Shown here in pieces: positions 47,588-57,453 of a DNA stretch of 64,000 nucleotides (positions within the stretch are counted from its first letter, which is position 1; each line of letters starts with the position of its first letter). Made by a program: the position numbers and the translations under genes. Source of the stretch: Rhodanobacteraceae bacterium (GTDB taxonomy: Bacteria; Pseudomonadota; Gammaproteobacteria; Xanthomonadales; Rhodanobacteraceae); contig CP126531.1 in assembly GCA_030167125.1 (NCBI GenBank), positions 2,394,578-2,458,577 of the forward strand. Reading direction: 5' to 3'. The notes beneath the pieces are model-generated. The model did no database searches, was not told the DNA's origin, and saw only the letters and a list, made by a program, of their open reading frames with translations.

Positions 47588-48381
47588 CCATCGCCGTGAC
47601 CGCCCAACCGCGCGACACGCTGGTCGAAGTGCGCGGCCTGCGCAGTCAGTTCGGCGACCAGGTGGTGCACGAGAACCTCGACCTCGATGTCTATCGCGGC
47701 GAAATCCTGGGCGTGGTCGGCGGGTCCGGCACCGGCAAGTCAGTGCTGCTGCGGACGATCCTGGGCCTGCGCCGCCCCGACGCCGGCAGCGTGAAGCTGT
47801 TCGGCGAGAACCTGCACGACCTGCCGGAAGACAAGCGCGTCGCGATCGAAAGCCGCTGCGGCGTGCTGTTCCAGAACGGCGCGCTGTTCTCGTCGCTGAC
47901 GGTGAGCGAGAACGTGCGCGTGCCGCTGATGGAGCATACGAAGCTGTCCTTGCACGACGCACTGCGGGTGGCCGCGCTGAAGATCGCGTTGGCCGACCTG
48001 ACGCCGGAGGTGCGCCACAAGTATCCATCCGAACTTTCCGGCGGCATGGTCAAGCGCGCGGGCCTGGCGCGCGCGCTGGCGCTCGATCCCGACATCGTGT
48101 TCCTCGACGAGCCGACCTCGGGCCTCGACCCGATCGCGGCGGCGTCCTTCGACCAGCTGATCCGCACCCTGCGCGATGCGTTGGGGCTGACGGTATTCAT
48201 GATCACCCACGACCTCGATTCGCTGCACGCGATCTGCGACCGCGTCGCGGTGCTCGCGCACAAGCGCGTGATCGTGGCCGATTCGCTGGACAAGGTGGAA
48301 CGCTTCGACGACCCTTGGATTCGCGAATATTTCCAGGGACCACGCGGCCGGGCGGCACAGTCCATCCAGGCGATCGCTTGA
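47584..48381 (+). CDS. MlaF-like ABC transporter ATP-binding protein
   Basis: The GTG start overlaps the permease stop (GTGA). Walker A GGSGTGKS, signature LSGGMVKRA and Walker B VFLDEPTSGLD are present. Confidence 0.88.
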   Translation: MTIAVTAQPRDTLVEVRGLRSQFGDQVVHENLDLDVYRGEILGVVGGSGTGKSVLLRTILGLRRPDAGSVKLFGENLHDLPEDKRVAIESRCGVLFQNGALFSSLTVSENVRVPLMEHTKLSLHDALRVAALKIALADLTPEVRHKYPSELSGGMVKRAGLARALALDPDIVFLDEPTSGLDPIAAASFDQLIRTLRDALGLTVFMITHDLDSLHAICDRVAVLAHKRVIVADSLDKVERFDDPWIREYFQGPRGRAAQSIQAIA

Positions 48382-48390
48382 GGTAGCGCT

Positions 48391-49317
48391 ATGGAAACCA
48401 AAGCCCATCACGTATTGATCGGCGCCTTCACCCTGCTGGTGGTGGCGGCGGTGCTGCTGTTCGCGCTGTGGCTGGGCAAGACCAGCCTCAACAAGCAATA
48501 CCACTATTACGACATCGTGTTCACCGAATCGGTGACCGGCCTGTCCAAGGGCAGCCCGGTGCAATACAACGGCATCCAGATCGGCGAGGTCAGCCAGTTG
48601 AAGCTGGATCCGCGCGATCCGCGCAAGGTGCTGGCTCGCATCCAGGTGGCCGCCGACACGCCGATCAAGGTAGACACGCGCGCCAAGCTCGGCCTGCTCG
48701 GCCTGACCGGCGTCGCTTTCGTGCAATTGACCGGCGGCGCGCCGACCAGCCAGCCGTTGATGCCGACGCCCGACAATCCGGTGCCGGTCATCAAATCCGA
48801 AACTTCCGCGCTCAGCGCGCTGCTGTCCTCGGGCAGCGATGTCGTCACCTCGATCAACGGCATCCTCGATCGGCTGACCCAGATCATGTCGCAACAGAAT
48901 GTCGCCCGCATCAACGACACGCTGCAGAACATCGACCAGACCACCAGCGCGCTCGCCGCCGAACGCGACGACTTGCGCGAGCTGATCAAGCAAGCCGCGG
49001 GCGCGTCGAAGCAACTCAACCAGACCCTCGCCGGCGCCAATTCGCTGGTCAACGGCCCCGGCCGCGAAACGCTGGATCGCGCGGCCGCCGCGATGGCGTC
49101 GCTGCAGAAGACCACGCAGACCCTGAACACGCTGCTCACGCAAAACCAGGGCTCGCTGCAATCAGGGTTGCGCGGCGTGGACCAGATCGGACCCGCGCTG
49201 CGCGAACTGCGCTCGACCCTGCGCGACATCCACCAGCTGACCAGCAGGCTGCAGGCCAATCCCGCGGGCTACCTGTTCGGACGCGAACAGCCTTCCGAAT
49301 TCACGCCGAAACATTGA
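48391..49317 (+). CDS. MlaD/MCE-family substrate-binding protein
   Basis: N-terminal TM segment plus the MCE domain (FTESVTGLSKGSPVQYNGIQIGEV). Confidence 0.9.
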   Translation: METKAHHVLIGAFTLLVVAAVLLFALWLGKTSLNKQYHYYDIVFTESVTGLSKGSPVQYNGIQIGEVSQLKLDPRDPRKVLARIQVAADTPIKVDTRAKLGLLGLTGVAFVQLTGGAPTSQPLMPTPDNPVPVIKSETSALSALLSSGSDVVTSINGILDRLTQIMSQQNVARINDTLQNIDQTTSALAAERDDLRELIKQAAGASKQLNQTLAGANSLVNGPGRETLDRAAAAMASLQKTTQTLNTLLTQNQGSLQSGLRGVDQIGPALRELRSTLRDIHQLTSRLQANPAGYLFGREQPSEFTPKH

Positions 49318-49326
49318 GGAGCGACC

Positions 49327-49989
49327 ATGAACGCGCCCAGGAGTTTTTTCGTCGCGTGCACGTTGTTCGCGTCGTGCGCACTGCTCGCCGCCTGCTCGAT
49401 TCTGCCCTCGCGCGAACCCGTGCAGATCTGGCAGCCGGAAGAAACCGCCAGCGCCGCGCCCGCGGCGGCGGCCGGTTTCAGCTTGCGCGTGGACGCGCCC
49501 AACACCACCGGCCCGCTCGATGGCACCGGAATCGTGGTGATGCCCGAGCCGGGCCAGGTCAGCACTTACAAGGGCGCGCGCTGGAGCGAATCGCCCGCGC
49601 TGCTGATCCGCCATCGGCTGGTCGACGCGTTCATGGGCGCGAAACTGCCGGCCGTCACCACCGACGACGATCATTTCGCCTCCGATTATTCGTTGAGCGG
49701 CAACCTGCGCGCATTCCAGTCGGAATACCGGAATGGATCACCCGTGGTGGTCGTGCGCTTCGACGCGCAACTGCGCCGCGGCGACGCGCGCAACCTGCTC
49801 GCGACCCGCAGCTTCGTGGTCACACAGAACCCGGCCGGCGTCGACGTGCCGCAGATCGTCGCGGCGTTCGGCGCGGCCGACGATGAACTGGCGCAGCAGG
49901 TAGTCGCGTGGACGATCGACGTCGCGAATCGCGATCGCGCGGCGCATCCGGCGGACGCCGACTCGGTATCGCGTGCAAACTCACATTGA
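49327..49989 (+). CDS. ABC-type transport auxiliary lipoprotein (PqiC-like / DUF330)
   Basis: Lipobox LLAAC. The size and the position after the MCE gene fit the PqiC/YmbA family. Confidence 0.8.
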   Translation: MNAPRSFFVACTLFASCALLAACSILPSREPVQIWQPEETASAAPAAAAGFSLRVDAPNTTGPLDGTGIVVMPEPGQVSTYKGARWSESPALLIRHRLVDAFMGAKLPAVTTDDDHFASDYSLSGNLRAFQSEYRNGSPVVVVRFDAQLRRGDARNLLATRSFVVTQNPAGVDVPQIVAAFGAADDELAQQVVAWTIDVANRDRAAHPADADSVSRANSH

Positions 49990-50009
49990 GGTCCGCTGCG
50001 GAGTCAGCC

Positions 50010-50667
50010 AGACATCCCTGTCTTTTTCCGCCCGCGTCCCGCGCGGGCGGGTGACTTTCTCTTGCTTGGCCAAGAGAAAGTCACCACTCGCGCGTCGGGA
50101 ACGCGCGAGAACGCCGAAGGCGGCCCAAAGGGCGGAGGGCAGGACGCCCGGAGTAAAGAGAAGGCCACCCCGCGAACACGTCCTGAGCACATCCATGTGC
50201 TCAGGATGCGCGAGCGGCCACCGGGGTTCGCCGAAGGCACATCCCTGTGCCTGCGGCGAACTGGCGCACTTCCTGTGCGCCATCCTTCGGACTGATCCGC
50301 CGTCCGCTCGCCGTGTTCGAGGGGCCCCATTGGGCGCGCATCCTGCGCGCTGTTGCTGCAACGCAGACTGTGTGGTCTTGCTTCGAGCGAGGCCAGGATG
50401 GCCGTCGTCGAAGCGGATCCGGGGCCCCTGTGCTGCGGTGAGGGCCGGACGAGAAGGCCCGCAGGGTGGGCGCAAGGGATTGCGCCCACTTGCCGCCGCG
50501 CCAGGGATGGCGCGTCGGCAAGCCCGGCCGGTCCGATCGCACCTTTCGTCCATGGATGGACGAAAGGCGCAGCACCGGGGTGGCCTTTCTTTGGGCCACC
50601 TTCTTTGGCCACGCAAAGAAAGGTGGCTCGCCCGCCCGGGAGGCGGGCGAAAAAAGACAAGGATGTC
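50010..50667. repeat. 658-bp non-coding hairpin array with mirror-image three-hairpin termini (REP/BIME-like cluster or structured MITE)
   Basis: At least 15 stem-loops were read directly from the sequence; coordinates are in the findings. The left module 50010-50084 and the right module 50596-50667 are inverted copies of the same architecture. Confidence 0.8.
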
Positions 50668-50799
50668 GAATTCAAATTTGCGAGGAGACCGCGAGTGCGT
50701 CCCCCATCCGCCCTTCGGGCACCGTTGCTAGGCTCGCGCATCCGGCGCTCGCCAAGCAACCCAGCCCTCGGCATCCTGCCTCGTGCGTTCGAGCCGGCG

Positions 50800-50860
50800 C
50801 GAACTGCCGCCGGCAGTTCGCAAGCGCCGACTCTCACCCCCGCAAGCGGGGGAAGGAAAG
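50800..50860. repeat. hairpin cgaactgc-cgcc-gcagttcg plus family-3 REP core cccccgc-aa-gcggggg-aaggaaa
   Basis: Located directly after the amidase stop. The same core occurs at 28717-28740 (inverted) and at 56811-56836. Confidence 0.7.
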
Positions 50861-50864
50861 ACGC

Positions 50865-52274
50865 TCACACCCCCACGGGATACGCCGGCGCCGCATCCAG
50901 CGCCGACGCGCACACTTCCGCCAGCTCCAGCAGGCGCAGGTCGGAACCGGGCGCGCCCACGAACTGCATCCCGATCGGCATGCCGTCCGGCAGCGTGCCC
51001 ATCGGGATGCTGACCGCGGGACACGCGGACAGGCTGGCGAATGCGGTGAGGTCGGCCTGCGACGCGGGCACCGGCGCATCGACCGGGAACGCGCCCTGCG
51101 GCGTGGTCGGCAGCACCAGCACGTCCACGCGCGAGAACACGCGGCGCGCCTTCAGCATCGCGAAGTCGAGGATGCGGTCGGCCTGCGCGTAGTCGGCCGC
51201 CGATTTGCGCGCGGCGTAATCGAGCATCGTGCGGAATTGTTCGGAAACCGGATGCGCGGTGTCGGCGAGATCATCGGCGAAGGTGTTGCGCATCTCCGCT
51301 TCCATCAACAGCAGTCCGGCGCGGCGCATCTTCTGGAATGGCCAGTCGGAGAAATCCAGCGGCGTGCGTTCGTGCAACGCGTGTTGCAGTTTCGCCATGG
51401 CTGCTTCGAACACTTCGATCACCGGCGCTTCCACGCCGATGGCTGCAAGATCGGGCAGCACGCCGCAGCGCAGTTGGTCGGGGTTCCAGTCCGGTGGCTG
51501 CAGCGCGACGCGGCGGCGGCGCGAACGCGGGTCGTCGGCGTCGTAGCCGGCCAGCACCTGCAGCATCACCACGAGATCGCCGACGCTGCGGCCGAGGATG
51601 CCGACCGCGTCCAGCCTGCGCGCCGCCGGCACCAGCCCGCGTGCGGATATCTCGCCGTGGGTCGGCTTCAGCGCGAACACGCCGCAATAGCTCGCGGGGA
51701 TGCGCACCGAACCCAGGGTATCGGAACCGATCGCGACCGGCGCCATGCCCGCCGCAACCGCCGCGGCGGAACCGCCGGACGAACCGCCCGCGACGCGATT
51801 CACGTCGAACGGGTTGCGCGTGGTGCCGAAGTGTGGATTGCGCGTCGCCGCGCCCAGCGCGCCTTCATCGAGATTGGTCTTGCCCAGCAGCACCGCGCCG
51901 GCCGCGCGCAGGCGCGCGACCGCGTGCGCATCGTTGCGCGCGACGTGTTCGTCGCGCGTCGGCAGGCCCGCGCGGGTCGGATAACCCGCGACGTCGAAGT
52001 TGTCCTTGATCGCGACGGGAATCCCGTCGAGCCGTCCGATCGGCCCCTCGCGCCGGCGGCGCTGCGCGCTCGCCGCCTGGTCGCGCACGATGTCGGGGCG
52101 CACGTCCACGAACGCGTGCAGTTCGGGATCGCGCCGGTCGATCGCGTCGAGGCAGGCTTCGGCCAGCGCCTCGGACGTGGTGCGTCCCGACGCCAGCCAG
52201 TGCAGGCATTGCCACACACCGCCGCGTCGCAGCGCCTCAGGTCCCAGCATTTCGCCGTCTTCGATTGCGCTCAT
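50865..52274 (-). CDS. amidase (amidase-signature family)
   Basis: The ATG at 52274 (MSAIEDGE...) is preferred. The AS motif GGSSGGSAAAVAAG and IPVAIKDNFDVAG are present. Confidence 0.9.
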   Translation of the reverse strand: MSAIEDGEMLGPEALRRGGVWQCLHWLASGRTTSEALAEACLDAIDRRDPELHAFVDVRPDIVRDQAASAQRRRREGPIGRLDGIPVAIKDNFDVAGYPTRAGLPTRDEHVARNDAHAVARLRAAGAVLLGKTNLDEGALGAATRNPHFGTTRNPFDVNRVAGGSSGGSAAAVAAGMAPVAIGSDTLGSVRIPASYCGVFALKPTHGEISARGLVPAARRLDAVGILGRSVGDLVVMLQVLAGYDADDPRSRRRRVALQPPDWNPDQLRCGVLPDLAAIGVEAPVIEVFEAAMAKLQHALHERTPLDFSDWPFQKMRRAGLLLMEAEMRNTFADDLADTAHPVSEQFRTMLDYAARKSAADYAQADRILDFAMLKARRVFSRVDVLVLPTTPQGAFPVDAPVPASQADLTAFASLSACPAVSIPMGTLPDGMPIGMQFVGAPGSDLRLLELAEVCASALDAAPAYPVGV

Positions 52275-52368
52275 TCGCCCTCCCGAGGGACCGATTATGC
52301 GGGTTTGCCGCCCGCGCGGGAACCCAAGACAATGAAGGGCTGGAAACGAAGCGTGACGGGAGTCCGCG

Positions 52369-54021
52369 ATGAGCGAACGCGAGACGATGGAATACGACGT
52401 GGTCGTGGTGGGCGCGGGTCCCTCCGGACTCGCCTTCGCGATCCGCCTGAAACAGCTCAAGCCCGACGTGCGCGTATGCGTGATCGAGAAAGCCTCGACG
52501 GTCGGCGCGCAGATCCTTTCCGGGGCGGTGATCGAACCCGCGCCGCTGGATGCGCTGCTGCCGAAGTGGCGCGACGCGCCGCCGCCGATTTGCGTGCCGG
52601 CCACGCACGACGAATTCCTGTGGCTGCGTGACGCAAAACGCGCGATGAAATTGCCCACGCCGCCGCAGATGCACAACGCGGGCAACTTCATCGTGTCGCT
52701 GGGCGCGCTGTGCGCGTGGCTGGCGCCGCAGGCGGAAGCGCTGGGCGTCGACGTGTTCCCCGGCTTCGCCGCGGGCGGCGCGGTGTTCGACGACAAGGGC
52801 GCGGTCGCGGGCGTGCGCATCGGCGACATGGGCATCGCGAAGGATGGTTCGCACAAACCCGGCTACACGCAAGGCATCGACATCCTGGCGAAACTCACGG
52901 TGCTTGCGGAAGGCTGCCGCGGCAGCGTCAGCAAGCAACTGATCGCGAAATACGGGCTCGACAAGCACTCCGACCCGCAAACCTACGGCATCGGCTTGAA
53001 GGAACTGTGGCAACTGCCGCCGGGCCGCGTGCAGCCGGGCCACATCACGCACACGCTCGGCTGGCCGCTGGACAACAAGACCTACGGCGGCAGCTTCATC
53101 TACCAGCTCGACAAGGACCGCATCGCGATCGGTTTCGTCGCGGGCCTCGATTATTCCGATCCGTTGTTCCGGCCTTGGGAAGCCTTCCAGCAATTGAAGA
53201 ACCACGCGCGCATTGCGCCGCTGCTGGAAGGCGGGCAGATCGTCTCGGGCGGCGCGCGCGCGCTGATCGAGGGCGGTCTGCAATCGCTGCCGACCACGGA
53301 AATGCCGGGTGCGATCCTGATCGGCGACGCGGCCGGGTTGATGAACGTGCCCAAGATCAAGGGCACGCACCAGGCGATCCGATCCGGGATGCTGGCGGCG
53401 GAACATTTCGCGGAAAAACAATCGAGCGAAGGTTTCGATGCGCGCCTGCGCGCGTCGCCGATCGCGAAGGAATTGCACAAGGTGCGCAACATCCGCCCCG
53501 GCTTCCACGGCGGCTTGTGGCGCGGTCTCGCCAACGCCACGTGGGAAACCGTGACCGCGGGTTTGTCGCCGTGGACGCTGAAGAACCACGCCGACTGGTC
53601 TTCGCTGGAGAAACTCGATCCACCCGCGACGAAAACGAATCGTCCCGGCCCGAACGCCACGTCGCCGCGCGAACCCGGCTGGATCGAACGCACGCTGCCG
53701 CCGCGCGATCGTCTCGCCGGCGTGTACTTCGCCGCCACCGAACACGACGAAGACCAGCCCGTGCACCTGCATGTCGCCGACACCAACATCTGCATCGAGC
53801 GTTGCACGGTCGAATACGGCAACCCCTGCCAGCGCTTCTGCCCCGCCAACGTGTACGAGATCGTCGAGGATGCCGGCAGCGACGGCGCGCCTTCGCTGCG
53901 CCTGCAGATCAACGCCGCCAACTGCGTGCACTGCAAGACCTGCGACATCAAGGACCCGTACGAAATCATCACCTGGGTGACGCCGGAAGGCGGCAGCGGA
54001 CCCAATTACCAGAACCTTTGA
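52369..54021 (+). CDS. electron transfer flavoprotein-ubiquinone oxidoreductase
   Basis: 550 aa with YDVVVVGAGPSGLAFA, and a C-terminal 4Fe-4S region CPANVYE...CVHCKTCDIKDP. Confidence 0.95.
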   Translation: MSERETMEYDVVVVGAGPSGLAFAIRLKQLKPDVRVCVIEKASTVGAQILSGAVIEPAPLDALLPKWRDAPPPICVPATHDEFLWLRDAKRAMKLPTPPQMHNAGNFIVSLGALCAWLAPQAEALGVDVFPGFAAGGAVFDDKGAVAGVRIGDMGIAKDGSHKPGYTQGIDILAKLTVLAEGCRGSVSKQLIAKYGLDKHSDPQTYGIGLKELWQLPPGRVQPGHITHTLGWPLDNKTYGGSFIYQLDKDRIAIGFVAGLDYSDPLFRPWEAFQQLKNHARIAPLLEGGQIVSGGARALIEGGLQSLPTTEMPGAILIGDAAGLMNVPKIKGTHQAIRSGMLAAEHFAEKQSSEGFDARLRASPIAKELHKVRNIRPGFHGGLWRGLANATWETVTAGLSPWTLKNHADWSSLEKLDPPATKTNRPGPNATSPREPGWIERTLPPRDRLAGVYFAATEHDEDQPVHLHVADTNICIERCTVEYGNPCQRFCPANVYEIVEDAGSDGAPSLRLQINAANCVHCKTCDIKDPYEIITWVTPEGGSGPNYQNL

Positions 54022-54109
54022 CGGCGGCGCGGCACCAGGTCGAAAGTCATCTGGCTTTGCCGCGCGGAAAGACTAGACTCGGCTCCATAATCCAAGTGGA
54101 GGGCCGGTC

Positions 54110-56293
54110 ATGCGTATCACGCGTTTTGCCGCAATCTCCGTTTTGGCGCTGATGTCGACGATCGCCGCGGGCGCGTCCGCGGCGAGCGATCCCTTGGCGC
54201 CGATCGGCTTGGGCGCGGCGCCGGCCACCGCGCCGATCAAGCCGGTCACCGAAACGCTGTGGGGCGTCGAGGTCACCGACAACTACCGCTACATGGAGAA
54301 ACTCGATCCCGCGACCCTCGCGTGGATGAAGTCCGAAGGCGCGTATACACGCAAGGTGATGGACGCGATCGCGCCGCTCGCCACGCTGCAGAAGCGCGTG
54401 TCGGCCTTCACCGGCAGCTTCGGTTTCGTGCAGGGTTTCGTATCGTACGGCGGCCGCGATTTCTACGAGGAACGCGCACCCGGCTCGGACGACTTCGACC
54501 TGATGGTGCGTGACGCTTCCGGCACGCGCAAGCTGATCGACATCGACGCGTTGCGCAAGGCGCACGGCGGCAAGCCTTACGCCATCAACTGGTTCCTGCC
54601 ATCGACGGACGGCAACAAGGTCGCGGTCGGCGTCTCCGAAGGCGGCTCGGAAAACGCCTCGATGACGGTGTACGACGCGGCGAGCGGCAAGCAGATCGCG
54701 GGGCCGATCGACCGCGTGCGCTTCGGCGCCACGACCTGGAGCAACGATTCGAAAGTCGTGTACTTCAACCGCCTTGCCAAGCTCAAGCCGGGCGCGCCGG
54801 AAACGGATACCTACAAGAACTCAACGCTTTACGGCTGGGACTTGCAAGGCCAACCGATCGCATTGCTGGGCACCCAGGTCGCGCGCGGTCCCAAATTCGC
54901 GCCGGAAGAGTTTCCGGTGCTCGGGATCACGCCGGGCGCGACGGACGCCATTGCGATCTCCCTCAATGGCGTGCAGAACGAATGGAAGGCGTGGCTGGCG
55001 CCCGCGGCCGACGCGGCGAAATTCGCCACGTGGAAACCGTTTTTTGATCGCAGGGATGACGTGACCGGCGTGGCGATGCGCGGCGACGACATCTTCCTGC
55101 TTTCGCACAAGGATGCACCGACCTTCAAGGTGCTGACGACGAAGGCGGGTGAGCCGCTGTCATCGGCAAGGACGCTGGTGCCGGCGCAGCCCGAACGCGT
55201 GGTCGAATCCGTCAACGCCGCGTCCGATGCGCTGTACGTGCTGGCGCGCAAGGGCGCGTACTCGCAGTTGCTGCGCATCCCCACCGGCAGCAGCTCCATC
55301 GAAACGGTCGCATTGCCGTTCGAAGGGCACATCGGCGAAGCCTTCACCGACCCGCGCACGCCGGGCATCACGCTCGAACTTTCGAGCTGGGTGGTGCAGC
55401 CGAGTTATCTGCATTACGACCCGTCGTCGAGGAAATTCGCTGCGCTGGACATCGGCCATCGCGGCGACATGGATGCCGCGGCATTCAAGGTCAGCGACCT
55501 CGAAGCGAAGGCGCGCGACGGCGCGATGGTGCCGCTCAGCCTGATCCAGCCGAAGGACGCCAAGGGTCCGCAAATCACGCTGGTGGAAGCGTACGGTTCC
55601 TACGGCATTTCCAACCTCGCCGACTTCAGCACGCGGCGTGCGGCGGCGATGCGCGAAGGCATAGCGTACGGCATCTGCCACGTGCGCGGCGGCGGCGAGA
55701 AGGGCGAAGCGTGGCGCCTCGGCGGCAAGGACGCCAACAAGCACAACACATGGCAGGACCTGATCGCCTGCGGCGAGGCCCTGATCGCGCGCGGCATCAC
55801 CAGCAAGGACAAGCTGTTCATCATCGGCGGTTCGGCCGGCGGCATCACCATGGGCCGCGCGATGACGGAACGCCCCGACCTGTTCGCGGGCGTGATCGAC
55901 CTGGTGCCGGCGGCGAACACGTTGCGCTCCGAATTTTCTCCGAACGGGCCGCCGAACGTTCCAGAATTCGGCAGTGTGAAGACCGAACAAGGCTTCAAGA
56001 ATTTGTACGCGATGGATTCGATCCAGCACGTGACGAAGGGCGTTGCTTATCCCGCCGTGATGATCACCACCGGCTTGAACGACCCGCGCGTATCGCCGTG
56101 GGAACCGGCCAAGTTTGCCGCCGCGCTGCAGGCATCCGGCACACCCGATCCGGTACTGCTGCGGATCGATGCTCAGGCCGGCCACGGCATCGGTTCCACG
56201 CGCACGCAAACCGATCTATTGACCGCGGATTGGATCGCATTCATCAAATGGCGCGCTGGCACACCCGGTTGGCGCCCTGGCCGGAAACAATAG
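54110..56293 (+). CDS. prolyl oligopeptidase (S9A) family serine peptidase, secreted
   Basis: Signal peptide, beta-propeller-sized N-terminal region, nucleophile motif GGSAGG and a C-terminal ...AGHG. Confidence 0.9.
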   Translation: MRITRFAAISVLALMSTIAAGASAASDPLAPIGLGAAPATAPIKPVTETLWGVEVTDNYRYMEKLDPATLAWMKSEGAYTRKVMDAIAPLATLQKRVSAFTGSFGFVQGFVSYGGRDFYEERAPGSDDFDLMVRDASGTRKLIDIDALRKAHGGKPYAINWFLPSTDGNKVAVGVSEGGSENASMTVYDAASGKQIAGPIDRVRFGATTWSNDSKVVYFNRLAKLKPGAPETDTYKNSTLYGWDLQGQPIALLGTQVARGPKFAPEEFPVLGITPGATDAIAISLNGVQNEWKAWLAPAADAAKFATWKPFFDRRDDVTGVAMRGDDIFLLSHKDAPTFKVLTTKAGEPLSSARTLVPAQPERVVESVNAASDALYVLARKGAYSQLLRIPTGSSSIETVALPFEGHIGEAFTDPRTPGITLELSSWVVQPSYLHYDPSSRKFAALDIGHRGDMDAAAFKVSDLEAKARDGAMVPLSLIQPKDAKGPQITLVEAYGSYGISNLADFSTRRAAAMREGIAYGICHVRGGGEKGEAWRLGGKDANKHNTWQDLIACGEALIARGITSKDKLFIIGGSAGGITMGRAMTERPDLFAGVIDLVPAANTLRSEFSPNGPPNVPEFGSVKTEQGFKNLYAMDSIQHVTKGVAYPAVMITTGLNDPRVSPWEPAKFAAALQASGTPDPVLLRIDAQAGHGIGSTRTQTDLLTADWIAFIKWRAGTPGWRPGRKQ

Positions 56294-56399
56294 CCTCGCG
56301 TTTTCCATCATCGCCCGCCACCCGACGGGCGATGACTCGCACGGCCGATGGATTGCGGAGCGCATGCTAGCCTGCGCTCCTTTGCCGGCTGTCAGCCTC

Positions 56400-57338
56400 A
56401 TGACAATCCCCAGCATCGCCCTTGTCACCGCGCGCGCGGCGCGCGGCACCGACTACGACATGCCGCTGCTGCTGGACGCGGTGCGCGAAGCCGGCGCGGA
56501 AGCGCACGAGGTCGACTGGGACGACGACACGATCGACTGGCCACGCTTCGACCTCGCCTTGCTGCGCTCGACCTGGGATTACTTCGAGCGGTTGCCGGAA
56601 TTCCTCGCATGGGCGGAACGCGTGTCGCGGCAGACGCGCCTCTCGAATCCGCTCGATGTGATCCGCTGGAATACCGACAAGCACTACCTCTCGGATCTGC
56701 AACGAGCGGGCGTGCCGGTGGTGCCGAGCGTGTTTGTGGAACCGGGTGAAAATGCAGTCAGCGCCGTAGATGGAATTCTGCAAGATTTCCCCCATCCGCC
56801 TTCGGCACCTTCCCCCGCAAGCGGGGGAAGGAAAAGCCGGGATATGGTGGTGAAGCCCGCCGTCGGCGCGGGTTCGCGCGATGCGCAAAGACATTCACGA
56901 GATAGCCGCGACGCGATCGTCGCTCACGTGCAACGCCTGCTCGACAAGAATCGCAGCGCGCTGCTGCAGCCCTATCTCGACCGCGTGGACGAACACGGCG
57001 AAACCGCGCTGCTGTTTTTCGACGGCACGTTCAGCCATGCGATCCGCAAGGGGCCGCTGCTGAAACGCGGCGCAGGCTCGACCACGGGACTGTACGCCGA
57101 AGAAACCATCGAACCGCGCACGCCAACGGCCGACGAACTGGCCGTCGCGCAACACGCGCTCGCCGCGATTCCGTTCGAGAAGCCGCTGTTGTACGCACGC
57201 GTCGACCTGATCCACGGCGATGACGGCGCGCCACGCCTGCTGGAACTGGAACTGGTCGAGCCTTCGGTCTTCGCCGCGCACGCCGAGAGCGCCGCGCGGC
57301 GCTTCGCGGCTGCGGTATTGGCGCGCGCCACCCGCTGA
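56400..57338 (+). CDS. ATP-grasp domain protein (RimK-like), carrying an in-frame REP-derived insert
   Basis: DKHYLSDLQRAGVPVVPSVFVEPG...VVKPAVGAGS...LLELELVEPS follows the ATP-grasp pattern. The ATG at 56400 is preferred. Confidence 0.8.
   Translation: MTIPSIALVTARAARGTDYDMPLLLDAVREAGAEAHEVDWDDDTIDWPRFDLALLRSTWDYFERLPEFLAWAERVSRQTRLSNPLDVIRWNTDKHYLSDLQRAGVPVVPSVFVEPGENAVSAVDGILQDFPHPPSAPSPASGGRKSRDMVVKPAVGAGSRDAQRHSRDSRDAIVAHVQRLLDKNRSALLQPYLDRVDEHGETALLFFDGTFSHAIRKGPLLKRGAGSTTGLYAEETIEPRTPTADELAVAQHALAAIPFEKPLLYARVDLIHGDDGAPRLLELELVEPSVFAAHAESAARRFAAAVLARATR
56789..56840. repeat. family-3 REP unit embedded inside the ATP-grasp CDS
   Basis: cccccatccgccttcggcaccttcccccgcaagcgggggaaggaaaagccgg aligns with the reverse complement of the intergenic copy at 28717-28766. 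Confidence 0.7.
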
Positions 57339-57453
57339 CGGCCTGCGCTCGCTCGCGAGCCGCAGGTTCGAGGCCCAAGCGGCGAGGCCGGCGCACGCGG
57401 TCGGCTACAATGGCGGGATGCCGTGCGACGGCACAGCCTTGCAAGGAGCCGCA

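Noticed and set aside
50010-50667. Possible CRISPR array.
   Set aside because: The hairpins differ in stem sequence and length and are irregularly spaced. There is no constant direct repeat with uniform spacers, and no cas genes are in the window.
49973-50837. ORFs of 211-277 aa on both strands across the region after the pqiC-like gene.
   Set aside because: They are translations of the hairpin array. The palindromes give mirror-image peptides on both strands, with no start or RBS context and no recognisable domain.
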